This document shows positions 11,401 to 22,453 of a DNA stretch of 64,000 nt, in pieces (the first letter of the stretch is position 1; the number at the start of each line of letters is the position of its first letter). The notes under the pieces are model-generated. The model was not told the DNA's origin and searched no databases. It saw nothing but the letters and a program-made list of their open reading frames with translations. The DNA comes from Aplysia californica. Lineage: Eukaryota. Both the position numbers and the translations under genes were made by a program. Location: contig NW_004797304.1 in the NCBI RefSeq assembly GCF_000002075.1, positions 913,328 to 977,327 on the forward strand, written 5' to 3'.

Positions 11401-13500
11401 ATCATAAATGCACGACTACTCCCCTATCAAAAGCGGCTTCACACGGAGACCGGCCATTTTCCCCTCACTCTCGACCTACAAATCCCCACATGACTATTCC
11501 GGGCCCGTTCATTGGTCCCTTGAAATAGGGCAAGGCGGGCGCGCGCATCCGGTTGTTTTTCTCTCTATTCCCCTGTAACATCGCAATGGGGGTATTCCGA
11601 GGCGAGGTTATCTCGTCTCGGGGTGTTCGCGTCTCAACGGGGAAAAAGAATTTTTAATTGTACGGCATGCTAGATTGAATTAACTTATCTTTTACGATTG
11701 GCATGGTCTAAAGTCATCATAAAAAGCTTTGCAATTATTTAGTCACGCTGCCGACATATATTCTTAAAGATCCCAAGTTGTGATACGATGCTATAAATAA
11801 AATGGACTCATCCCGACACCCCTTTTTCGCAAAATCGTAATATGTACACTAAAATTTTAATTATAACAAATAACTATGAAATGGGTAGTAAATCTGACTG
11901 CAGAAATGATTTCTGCACCCAAAAACACATCAGGTACCTAAGTTTCTCTCTAACACTCCGATTAGTTACCGAGATATCGTTGATTTTCTTACAGAATCTG
12001 CTACTGCGTGGTCCACTTTTTAGGAGTATTTTCCTATGTGGGTCATCCATATTTTGCCGACCTTAACAATCCCATAACTTTTTTCTTTATGAACCGATTC
12101 TTAAAATTCAAGAAGCATAATTCTTAGAATTGAAAATTCTTTCTCAGGTACCAAATAAAAAAGGGCTATTTTAAAGTTAAAATTTAAATTTTCATTGGCA
12201 TTGCTACTCAATCTATGAGTTTGGTGTTCTGTGAAATTTCCTTTCGCTATCTCCCCTGGTGTTGATTTTGTTTCAACATGACCTCTAGTCTTACTTGATC
12301 AAAAATCGAATCAAGTTTCTTTCTCTAGCGCTAGATCTAGCCATATGGACTGACAGCTTGGCGTTGGAAATCACAATGAAAGGGCTCTAGGCTAATTCGC
12401 CCGCTGTTTCCCCCACCCCACTAAACCCAGTGGTGCATTCTATCTGCTTGGGCACGCCACACATTCGCTCCATCCATAACATTGCTGTGACCTCTCCAGC
12501 CGATCACGTGATGCGTTTTGCTTGTCTGCACATGCCACACCCTGCCCACTCATTCGCTCCGGCCTTCATCGTTGACACACGAGGGCTCTCCCATTCTTTG
12601 TTTCTCCAACAAGTTTCTTCACTTGCTAAGTTTTACATAATTATGTATAATTGACCTATGCGCTGTGCACAGCAGCAGCAATAATAATATATCCGCTATA
12701 ACCGACTTGTAACATAGTCTGATTGCGCTATGCTGTAGCAGTATTTTATTTACAAAGAAAAAGAGGGGGGGAAAACGGGGTTTTAGAATAGTGCCTTTAT
12801 AACAGACTTCTCGTTTTTTCCGGACTCGGTATAAGTGAACTCCACTGTATTAGGCTAGGCTAAAATTATTATTTTTTAAAATAAATTTATGAAATATTTC
12901 ATTTTTCATGCTATCCAATCTTGACCTCAGCCTCAGTAGATTTAGGCCCCCAAGGCCCAAGGACTATGAAACCAATACAATAATGACATATAGATCTAGA
13001 CCTTTCTTTTTAATCAACCACCAGTACCAATCATGCGACTGTCTTACATAGACTCTAGAGGCATACTGAGTTGAAAGTTGAAATTGAAATAAATAGAGCC
13101 TGCCCCATTTCCAAAGGAAAAAAAACGGGATGGTCTCAACTTCATCAAGGAAGTCAGTAAAGCAGAGGGCAGAAATCGAAAGGTGGGAAATAATAAATAG
13201 AACGAAAAAAACCAAAATGATGTCAATCAATACTAAATAAATCACAGAAAAAAAAAATTTGATCAGAAATGTACTGCAAAGTCGCCATGATTGTTTACAT
13301 GCACAGCTGTTTACCTCAGGGTCCAGATAGAGGCTTGCGAAGGATCCTCCATCGAGACCAACGTCCACTTGGTCTGTAGATAATTTGTGAAGGAGAAATT
13401 CTCCCAAATGTTTCTGAATATAAACCTTAATAGATCTTTCAACCAGGTTGTTGAAAAACCCATTTCCAATGGCTTTAAAGGCTTTTTTAATTGACTGCAT
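3331..13500 (-). CDS. ATG2: Autophagy-related protein 2-like (Chorein_N lipid-transfer protein), 5' part: 5 coding exons, 3' continuation not resolved
   Basis: Spliced peptide resembles the ATG2 N-terminus: ...YIQKHLGEFLLHKLSTDQVDV...INSRLESINAPFTLVEGYVDIVHLMIPWQQL..SIIVEIDGLILTVR...IMTRIQVKLENV...IDRLHVYDE; phases 0/1/1/2 consistent. Confidence 0.82.
4770..4948 (-). mobile_element. 5'-truncated retroposon 3' end sharing the family A tail
   Basis: 15-bp TSD CACATAAAAGAGTTA; same terminal about 50 nt as SINE A but a different body. Confidence 0.75.
5008..5095 (-). CDS. ATG2: ATG2-like coding exon 4
   Basis: IMTRIQVKLENVNIMVEKSPGIQVDLTID; tgcag/gtaagt. Confidence 0.85.
5412..5890 (-). mobile_element. 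SINE family A copy
   Basis: Colinear with 1095-1620. Confidence 0.88.
6277..6444 (-). CDS. ATG2: ATG2-like coding exon 3
   Basis: DDGMDVKSMLDSMSASMVEEMLK...YETVEFMSDFITS; phase 1-1. Confidence 0.8.
6807..6972 (-). CDS. ATG2: ATG2-like coding exon 2
   Basis: TINSRLESINAPFTLVEGYVDIVHLMIPWQQLPSKSIIVEIDGLILTVRLTEEEQ; poly-T cag / gtgagt. Confidence 0.9.
8155..8776. mobile_element. Truncated copy of the TTAA element at 30866-31555
   Basis: Colinear similarity including the right end AGGGTGTATTGTG; internal G-run and (TA)n expansion. Confidence 0.7.
9022..10403. mobile_element. Non-autonomous hAT-like DNA transposon
   Basis: About 37-bp imperfect TIR (CAGTAGCGTCGATTGCCAAGAGTGAAGCGGTGGCAATT); 8-bp TSD TTTTCATC. 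Confidence 0.75.
10922..12847. mobile_element. Tc1/pogo-like non-autonomous element with a nested insertion
   Basis: TA|CAGTGGAATCCTGTTATAACGAG ... CTCGGTATAAGTGAACTCCACTG|TA. Confidence 0.75.
11036..11677. mobile_element. Nested inverted-repeat-bounded element (unclassified MITE)
   Basis: CAATCTAGCAATGCC ... GGCATGCTAGATTG. Confidence 0.5.
13315..13500 (-). CDS. ATG2: ATG2-like coding exon 1
   Basis: accATG; MQSIKKAFKAIGNGFFNNLVERSIKVYIQKHLGEFLLHKLSTDQVDVGLDGGSFASLYLDPE; donor gtaaac. Confidence 0.85.
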
Positions 13501-13572
13501 GGTCGTCTTTAGACTGTCAGCAAAACAATAACAACGCCATTTCTCTGTCGTTCGTCGTTCCAATACTACAAC

Positions 13573-15050
13573 TAGTGGTGGGCGGATTTGCTACTTGGTT
13601 TTGGGATTTGCTGGTACTTAGTGTGAGTGAGACTACCCAAAACCTGGAACCCCAAATCCCAAATCTTTGAAAAGTACGAAACAAAACAAAGTTTTGAAAT
13701 ATATGCTGGCTTAATTTCTAAACTGAAATATCTCAAAATAATATTCAAATACTACAAAACCTTGTATGCGATAAGTAAACTAGTCCTTCAAAAAATGTAC
13801 CAGTAAATCGACTAAAAATTGATCACACGGACTTGTTTCCCCTCCTTATTCATTGGAATAAGCTGGAATCATCAACTTACGACGCAAGGAAGAGTCCATT
13901 GTACTTTATAAAGGGGGGACACTCCTACTCACTTGGCTGGTAACTGGTAACTGGTACTGGGATTTGGGATTTGCTCTGCGCACCCACTACTTGCTCCAGA
14001 GCAGTTACCCAGGCCTAGGCCTTGTCGCCTCTCACTCTCCCACTACCACTACCAACTACCAGTACGAAAGCAAATCCTAAATCTACGGCTGGGGCGCTTG
14101 TGACGACAGGCTTATGACGTGAGGGGTGGGAGTGGTGTTGTTTGTATCGCTTTCGCTTGGGCTGGTGGGGAAACTAGATCTAGACTCTTGATCTAGATCT
14201 AGGCCTAGGCCTAATTGGATGAAGAAAGGGTGTTTAAAAAGTTTGAAAGCAGCTGTCTAATGTCTAGATATCTAAACACATGTGTTTGTCTATGCCCTGC
14301 ACTGTGGTATCATGCCAGTGCCTCGCTTCTCTTCGTTATTGTTCTTCTTGTCGTGTGGGACTAGATCATTGTTCTTAACAAAAACACACGTTTAGGATTA
14401 GGAATATTTTAAATTGTTTCTTAGCTTTTGATCTTTGAAAAAAACAATTAAACCAACATATTAAAGCTGGGACCACGACCCCCCCCCCCCCCCCCCCCCC
14501 CCATTTCCTCCAAAACATAGATCTACATCATTTTAAAAAGCACCCGCCTAAATCTCTTCACGCGACTATACTAATTCAAATAACAACGAATTTATTAGAT
14601 CTAGATCTAGATCTAGATCTAGATATGTACAACATAACCTAGCCCAGGGCCCAGAGCCCAGGCACCCCCCCCCCCCCCCCCCCCGTGAACCAGTCATCAA
14701 GTTGTGATAGGCCAATTAATTCCAAAACCCGCACTGTTGTAGGCCTAGGCAAGTTCTAATGTCGCACATCCGCCCGCACAGTGCACAGTCGCGCAGCGCG
14801 CAACGGGATTTCGTCTGCTAGGCCTAGGCCTACTGGTACTGGTAACTGGTAACTGGTAGTGGTACTGGATTTGCTCTGCTACTTGGTTTTGCTCCTGCTA
14901 CTCAACGCAGAGCAGCGGACTCAAGAAGGGGAGTATACTCTCTACTCATGAGTCCCAGGATTTGGGTTTGGTACTGGGATTTGGGAGTATCTACTGGATT
15001 TGGTACTGGGATTTGCTGTTACTCATTTCCGGCAAATTTGCCCACCACTA
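13573..15050. mobile_element. Non-autonomous hAT element
   Basis: TIR TAGTGGTGGGC...GCCCACCACTA; perfect 8-bp TSD ACTACAAC; many GGATTTG / CTGGTAA subterminal repeats. Confidence 0.88.
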
Positions 15051-15657
15051 ACTACAACTGGACTTGCTCAGCTTGTCCAAGGGAAGTCATTCCCACCACT
15101 GACTGTGAACCAATGAAACGCGAGTAAAACATGCTTAGTCTTTGCGTGTGTCCCAGAAATAGACACAGCCTTTGTTATTGTTGTGGGCATGGATTTCCAT
15201 TGCGTTCACGCGAAAGTCATAATTTTCTGTTTATTGTTTCAAATACGGCACTTTGCTTGATCTGTCAACGAAGAGCATAATATTATAACACTTGCGTTTT
15301 TAGGGAGTTCTCATATTTATTTATTTTTTTAAGGCAAAGCTATAATATGCACTGGAAAATAACATTCCTCCTTCGGACGCTTCGTCTGTAGCCGCTAGCA
15401 ATTTTGTAGACGCGTTTTCGGTACGATAACACCCTGGAAGTTTTCTGTTGCTCAATATTGCGTGCAGAAAGTCTCGGAAAGCGTTTTTCGAAATTCGGCG
15501 GGGACAAGCAGAGGGTAGAAAGAGATTACATTGTCCTCCATGGCTGAAGCTTTTTAGGTCCGTTTTCAACCCTGCCGCAAAAGCTTTGAGCTCTTATTAC
15601 ATGCAAGTCAACTACAATATATACATTTCTTTTTAAGAGGACGACACCCTCCCTCCT

Positions 15658-15659
<2 letters not shown>

Positions 15660-15718
<59 letters not shown>

Positions 15719-15728
15719 CACACACACA
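15660..15728. repeat. (CA)n microsatellite
   Basis: Seen directly. Confidence 0.95.
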
Positions 15729-15826
15729 GATAGACTTTCGGCTCTGATAGCCTATATGTGTATGTACACGATGCAAGATAAATATATATATATATGGTAT
15801 ATATAAGACACTTATTAATTTATACA

Positions 15827-16240
15827 GGGGGCTCTCGAGTGGTCTAAGGGATATGGTGTTCGCCTCTCTTTCTCATATAATATAGGTCCCAGGTTCGGAC
15901 TTACTAAAAGCGACGGAAATGTTTCCTTCCTAAAATTTCTTAACCGATCCTTTCCTCCTGCTCTCTAACCATGCCCTTGATCGCCTTCTTTATTTCGTCT
16001 CCACTTTCTCGGTTATAAGAGTGGAAAATCTCGGTGGTCTCGTGTGAAAGTTGCACACATAAAATTTAACATAAGATCCATTGGTGGTCCTAAAATCGAT
16101 TAGAATTAGAGTAGATTCGGCTGCCACCAGGGCAAAATTAAACATTCCTCCTACCAAACTGAAAATGTAGGATGTGTCCCGCGCGCTCGTTATGACATCG
16201 GTTGTGAACGTCGTAAAACACCTACCAAAATAAAAACAAA
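15827..16240 (+). mobile_element. Degenerate SINE family A copy
   Basis: GGGGGCTCTCGAGTGGTCTAAGG head, GGTCCTAAAATCGAT body, CGTAAAACAC tail. Confidence 0.75.
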
Positions 16241-16405
16241 ACAATATATTAAATATTTTTTTGGAAAGGATAATGCAACAGAATCGTCCCTTGCCGTTGG
16301 GTAGGTGGGGCTACATAACAGTCGAGGAACCGCGCCAGCCTCATGCTCGTCCCACGGGTGACGGTATAAATTAAGAGTTTTGACTATTTATATAACACAC
16401 AAACA

Positions 16406-16438
<33 letters not shown>

Positions 16439-16538
16439 NNNNNNNNNNNNNNNNNNNNNNNNNNNNNNNNNNNNNNNNNNNNNNNNNNNNNNNNNNNNNN
16501 NNNNNNNNNNNNNNNNNNNNNNNNNNNNNNNNNNNNNN
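16439..16538. other. Assembly gap (100 N, probably of unknown size)
   Basis: N run after (CA)n. Confidence 0.99.
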
Positions 16539-16779
16539 GAAGCACATTGTGATAATAGAATGCCAAATTGTCAACTCTGTGTTTGGGTGAGAGCTATTTA
16601 TAGAATCCCAAAGTCTTTTCTTTTGAGAAATAAAACATCATCAGCTCTGTAATATTAGTAATATTGTTCTATTTCTTGTTCGAAATTATTTGCTTCAAAT
16701 TCAATTTTTTTTCGATTTTTTATTAACTGTTGAAAGAATATCTTACACAAAACTCTTACGTTGATAGGTAAGATCATCT

Positions 16780-16940
16780 TTACACTGAAAAATCTGGTTA
16801 CTTTGTTTTGAACATCTACGATAAACATGGCGGCGCCCCAAGTGTACTGAAGTGGTGAAATCGTACATGTTTAAAGACAGGGTTTTGCTTCCACGACGGA
16901 TATTTCTTACTGTTTTGAATATTATTGCATCTTAGTAGGT
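16780..16940 (+). promoter_or_regulatory. Probable DCAF1 TSS / non-coding first exon region with YY1-like motif AACATGGCGGC
   Basis: Motif at 16824-16834 in unique, CpG-containing sequence followed by T-rich intron-like DNA; the exon at 24205 has a splice acceptor and so needs an upstream exon. Confidence 0.45.
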
Positions 16941-17827
16941 ATTTCATCGATTGGTTTTGGAGAGATTCTAATCAGAGTATGTTGCACGGTAAAATATCTC
17001 GACAAAGTTATGGTTCTAGATTCTAGTTTCACTTTCCTGAGCCTGTGACTTGTTTTTCATTTTGGATTTCGCACATGTCTTGTTAATTACTATTTTAATC
17101 ACATGCTTTGTCAGCCTTTTAGTTGTTTTAGAGCTGCTTTTTCTCTGAAAAATATAATTGTGGTGTTTGTTTGTCTTTTAGTTTTAGAAAGTAAGTTTTA
17201 ATCTTGGTATCATAATTTATGAGCAAAATATAGATCTAGATCTAGATATCTAGATTCTAGACTCAAGCCTAGTTTTGAGTTTTGATTTGGCAGGTTAGTA
17301 TCATTTGTATGGCATGGTCATGAAATAATGTGCAGGCAGTAGAATTTATTATAATATTGATGTTCCTCGTAGATGCAGCAGATATTTTTTTTTCTGTATG
17401 TCGTGTTTTGTTGTTGGTAACGTTGGTGACTGTAATCTTATGTCTTGTGTTACTGGTGATAGAGTAAGGGTCTTATAATTATAAGGCCAGTGTGGAAGTT
17501 CTCAGCTGGCTCTTTTCTGAAGGGCCACCTCTATTCTCACCCGGAGTGAGAATAGTGCAAGCGAGTCTTGTGGCTATTCTCACCCGGTGCGCGTTCACCA
17601 AATTTTGCGTTCGCCCTAAACCACAGAATTCTACACTGTGATAACAGAAAAATTGTAGAATTCTGTGCCGTGAACAAACGTTCCATTACAACTGTAGCCT
17701 ACTAAAAGCGTACAATTTTGTCTGTGGGCAGTGGAGAGAAAGAGAGAGAGGAGTAGCGCGAGAATTTCCGGGCAACACAAAATGGCGACCCGCGTAGTTC
17801 GGCTCGATTCGAAAAGTTAAATGGCCG

Positions 17828-17956
17828 GCACTATTTCTCCGAACGTTCGGGAAAATAAAGCTGGGCACTATTTCTCCGAACGTTCGGGAAAATAAAGCTG
17901 GGCACTATTTCTCCGAACATTCAGGAAAATAAAGCTGGGCACTATTTCTCCGAACA
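17828..17956. repeat. 37-bp tandem repeat x3.5 with palindromic core
   Basis: GCACTATTTCTCCGAACGTTCGGGAAAATAAAGCTGG at 17828, 17865, 17902, 17939. Confidence 0.95.
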
Positions 17957-18561
17957 CTCTGAAATATCATCCTTTCCCCCAAATTTCGGATATTATATAG
18001 ATCTATAATTATAGTATGGGCCTACCAAAGATTGTTCGTATACAATATGGTTCAATCGGTCCAAAAAATGTCCGCCGTAAATATTTATATAAAGAAATGC
18101 TACAATTCCAAACAGTTTTTCGCTATAGATATGACGTGTTGCCTATGAAAGGTGCTGCTTTTAAACGTAATGTGTTGTGTTCACTCGTGTGCTGTCTAGA
18201 TCTAGATCTACGGAGGGTTATTGATAACGACACATAGAACTGGCATCTGCGTTTGTCACTGCTGCGACCAATGTACTGACACTGGCAAGCCCCTTTATGT
18301 GTGTGATTCCATAATTTACATCTAATATCCTGTACTTTTTTTTAAATTACACGCACATTTAGGGTTAAAACTGCCAATCTTCTTCGGACAGGTGGACACA
18401 CGCCCTTATTTGTTAATGTTTGTTGTTGTTTATGGGCTGTTCTAATTTTGATTTCTTTCTGTTGTGAAACCTTTCTTTTTCACGTTTTTACACTCATCTA
18501 AAAATCTCATCTAGACTAGCTGTTGAAAATTGAAATAGATATAGACCCAAAAATTTGCTCC

Positions 18562-18598
<37 letters not shown>

Positions 18599-19352
18599 GT
18601 TTGAGTGTGTCTGTGTGTGGTAGTAAGTGGAGAGTGAGGAGTGTGTGTGTGTGTGTGTTTGTTTGTTTTTCGGGCTTTATTTCAGCCTTTATTCAGTAAC
18701 AGTTCAAAGTATACAAAAATAGAAACACAGGATCCATTCACTCCAGGACTCATGAGTCATTCTTCTCTTTCAGTTTCACTCTTTCATTCAATTCCCGTGT
18801 TCTCTCCCGCGGCTCATCCCCGTCCGCATGACTTTCATACCCCACCCCATCCCTCCAGGCACACACAAAGAAAATCTCACTTGTTCCCTGCGAACCATGG
18901 ACAATAATATAGGCAAAACACCGCCTGAGCTGCATTCCTTTTGTTCGTGAGCTGTGGACCAGGCCAGGGGTGGTCAGTGTCGTCGTCTTGTAGTTGCTGT
19001 CGCCTGTGGATACACTCGCACATTCTTCCTTTCACCCGCTCTTTCACTCACACTGTCTCTCCATCCACAGTTCAGCTCGTCATACGTTCAAAAGTTGCCC
19101 ACTAGTTATGTTTAGTTAGTGTGTGTACATGTGCATGATGGTGGTGGGTGTGTGGTGGGTGTTACTGAAGGTTGTCTGTAGGCGGGCTTGCCATGCGGTA
19201 CGTGTTCCTTCCCAGACCAGAGGCAGAATGAAAGTTGGCGCCGAACTCTCGCAATAAATAGGCAAAAAATCACGAGACCGGAAGCCGAAAACCGTTCGGA
19301 GAAATAAAGACCGGCACTATTTCTCCGAACGTTCGGAGAAATAGTCACTTTG
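17828..19352. mobile_element. Nested unclassified element of similar architecture
   Basis: CACTATTTCTCCGAACGTTCGG motifs at both ends; flanking AAGTTAAAT(G/A)GCCG direct repeat. Confidence 0.6.
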
Positions 19353-19741
19353 AAGTTAAATAGCCGTAGCATCTTTATAGACAACCAAATTAATTTACTT
19401 TTGTGTTTTAACATCATTTTTTTACTTTGTTTTGGTCAATTTGTTCGTCCACACCGATAGACAGTATTCAGAAAGAGACAGAGAGAGAGAGAGAAGAGGG
19501 GAGGAGTTGATCTTGCGAGAACTTCCGGGCGGGTGAGAATAGCCACTTTCTTTCTGAAGGGCTCTTTGGCCTTTGGCTTGGAAATTGCCTTCCCGTTTGT
19601 TTACATAAGAAACAGAAGTGATTGCTAAGGTAAGGACAGAAGTGGCCATGTAGGCTAAGTGAACCCTACCACATTAGCCAGTAATATTTTTCTGCCTTTT
19701 TTGTATTAAAAATTTATTTTTGCCAGATTGAACTTCGATGA

Positions 19742-21852
19742 ACCGGTAAGATTGTAACTTTACCGGACCATCGGTAACCGCCGGAAGGAAATACTTTCAC
19801 TATGGCGCCCCTGGTGCCTAGTGGTCCGCTAATCTTCCTTTCCGAGCTCCCCTACTCACACTCCTACACACTTTCCTACGTCCTCACCCTTCGACTGCCA
19901 ACTACCGACTGATGTCTCTTACCGGATTTTTCTGTCGACACGACCGTGCCCTTAGACCCACGACCATGACACCTTGAGGCTAATTTGTCAATCTAATCAC
20001 ATCGGCCTCTATTCTTATGCTTGCGACTCTGCTAGGCCATCTCCTGGTCCGGCCAAGTACAATGGAGGGCCAGAGATGCGCACGAGAGCTCTCATTTGCA
20101 TATATTGCAACCCCTTCGGTCCTGCTCGCGACTTGGCGAGTGCTGTGAAGCAAGGCTCGGCCTGTTCCATCTCTAACTACCCAGATTGTCCAATTAGCGC
20201 CATTGTCCGCTCATGTCATTATTAAATTATTGTTGCCAGCCCCCCTGAAACCCCCACTGTTGTTACATTGATATATGTAATCATGATTGTCCTCTTAATT
20301 TTAACGCCATGATCCGCTTTATGTCATTATTTTGCATTTTTGTATGTGTTTTCTTTATTATTGTGTGCAGGGGCCCCCCTGATAGAGCTGGAGTCTGCTC
20401 GAATAATCGAAGGCTTGCAAAGCAGCGGACAGCTTGCGCTAGAGGCTTGTGCTTTGCTTTGCCTCCCTTTTGCTACTTTTATTACAGAAGATTGTCTGGT
20501 TATTTGAGTTGAGAGGCTTGCGCCAAAAGTGCAAGATCGTTTTTTTTCCATTGTCGGGTTGTAAAAAATAAAAAGCTCTATTTGATGCACTTAAAATTAA
20601 TAATGGATTCGGCTATTTTTACGATGCAAAGGCCTGTTTGTTTTTAATGTACACGAGCCAGGCGCTTCGTCGTCGCACACAAAAGACCTCAGTTCGATTC
20701 CTATATGGGGAGAAATTTTTACTGAGAACCTCCGTCTTTCTGCTGGGGCGTTGTTCCCTCTCTGCCCAGGTTGGCTCTGACATTGGGTAGAAATAGGACT
20801 AGCCCGTCTCCTAAATTTCTGTATTATGTCACTGTGAGTGTAAAATATCTACAAAATAGGTTACATACATACGATACAAATGCCAATCACAACAACCCCT
20901 GGAGTTTTCCGTTCTAGGGTAATCTAAGTCTACTTCTTATTACTACCAGAAACATAGGTCTCTGTTACTACAATATACGCTCCCTCCCACTTATCCATTG
21001 GCTAAGTTGATCACGGCAGGAAGTTAAAAATAACTTCAGCTCTCAACGTCTTGCACCAAAACAAGCACAGCCTCTCCCTTCCTCCACGGCTCAGAGTTCA
21101 CAGTGTGTGCGGTCTTGCTGCTACAGCAAGACAGCAAATCAGCCGAGTGACTTGCCAGGTTGCGAGCTGGTCCTGGGAGCCAAAGAAAAAAATGGGAGCC
21201 GAGGGACTTGCCGGGCTGTGAGCAATTCTCTGGCACAAAGCAAGACAATGGGAATCATGAGACTTGTGTGCTGCGGACGGAATTTGAGACTTGATGGCTG
21301 TCCACTGCTTGCAAGCCTTCGATTAATCGAGCAGACTTCAGCGCTACGCCGCGCAGTGACACTGTGAGCGGGATTTCTCTCTCTCCCCCCCGCTCTCTTT
21401 TTCTGACATAAGTGGACTCACGGATTGCAAGCAGGGTGGGGAGGATGAGGGGGTCTGACATGAGTATCTGCGCGGATTGCTAGTTGGTGTGGACTTGAAG
21501 CTTAGGCTAGACCAAGGAGGTTACAGTTTGTTCTAGACGTAACTTATGCTGGTGATTTGATTTGATGATTTGACCAAGTGATTTGGGGCTTGTGACTGGA
21601 ACTAGGGGCTTGCGAGCAGGAGCAGGTTTGATACCGGGGTACAGCTCTACCCCCTGACACTAAATCCCATACCCACCCTCAACCACCACCTCTCGCTCAC
21701 CCCACCTCGCCGCTGGCTTGCGCTCTGCGTGAAGTCACCCGGGGAACTACATTTTGTCCGTATGTAGAAAAATATGAGTGCGTAGTTAGGGTAGGGGTGC
21801 GTAGTAATCAGGGGTCCAGACGGGTGGTCCGGTAAAGTACCATCCTGCCGGT
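19742..21852. mobile_element. TIR-bounded non-autonomous element, unclassified
   Basis: ACCGGTAAGATTGTAACTTTACCGGACCA ... TGGTCCGGTAAAGTACCATCCTGCCGGT; no TSD seen. Confidence 0.6.
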
Positions 21853-22453
21853 GGACCCACTGTGTTTACATTGTATGCGCACTAGCCATAGCAGTGGGAG
21901 GTTTCATGGGGGCAAAAATAATAATAAAAAAATACCCACACGATCTTCACGTTTACCTGGCACATTATCAGTTTCAAAATGCAAAATGGCTGCCAGTGGA
22001 ACGGGAAGGCAATTTCCAAAGAGCGTTGGCTCTTCTTTATTTTGTGAGTCAAACTGGTACTAGAATAACAGCGAGCTAAAATCTGCTACTAATTGCTGAT
22101 TTTGTCATTGTCCGCTCCCATTTACCCTGCTCACACATTAAGAACAAAGCTTAGTTATTAAACTTATATGAATCACTTACTTTATCACTAACTTCAATTA
22201 AGGCGGGTCACTTTTGAAGTTACTTCTTTAAAAGGATGCCCATCCATATCAAATGAAATGCATCAGTTCTGTAATCAGATGATGTTGAGTTTGGTTTAGG
22301 TCAGGGAATGACTCTGGTCAGTGAACACAATTTGTAATTTATATCATGTTTCATGAAATTTACCTTTCTGCTTTGTTTAATCACATTTTTCTTGGAGCTG
22401 TCTTTTTTCATGCACCTGATTTTGGAGGATTGGATCAGATTGTGTCGATATGG

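Larger units (their letters stand above)
17526..19550. mobile_element. Unclassified element: subterminal inverted repeats, terminal hairpin, 12-bp flanking direct repeat
   Basis: GTGGCTATTCTCACCCG / CGGGTGAGAATAGCCAC inverted pair; TTTCTGAAGGGC on both sides. Confidence 0.65.

Noticed and set aside
14597-14622. AGATCT tandem runs and many G/C homopolymers as a functional signal
   Set aside because: Scattered across the window without positional pattern; best treated as genome-wide simple repeats
17828-17956. CRISPR-like 37-bp palindromic repeats
   Set aside because: Units are directly adjacent with no spacers, there are no cas genes, and the context is eukaryotic
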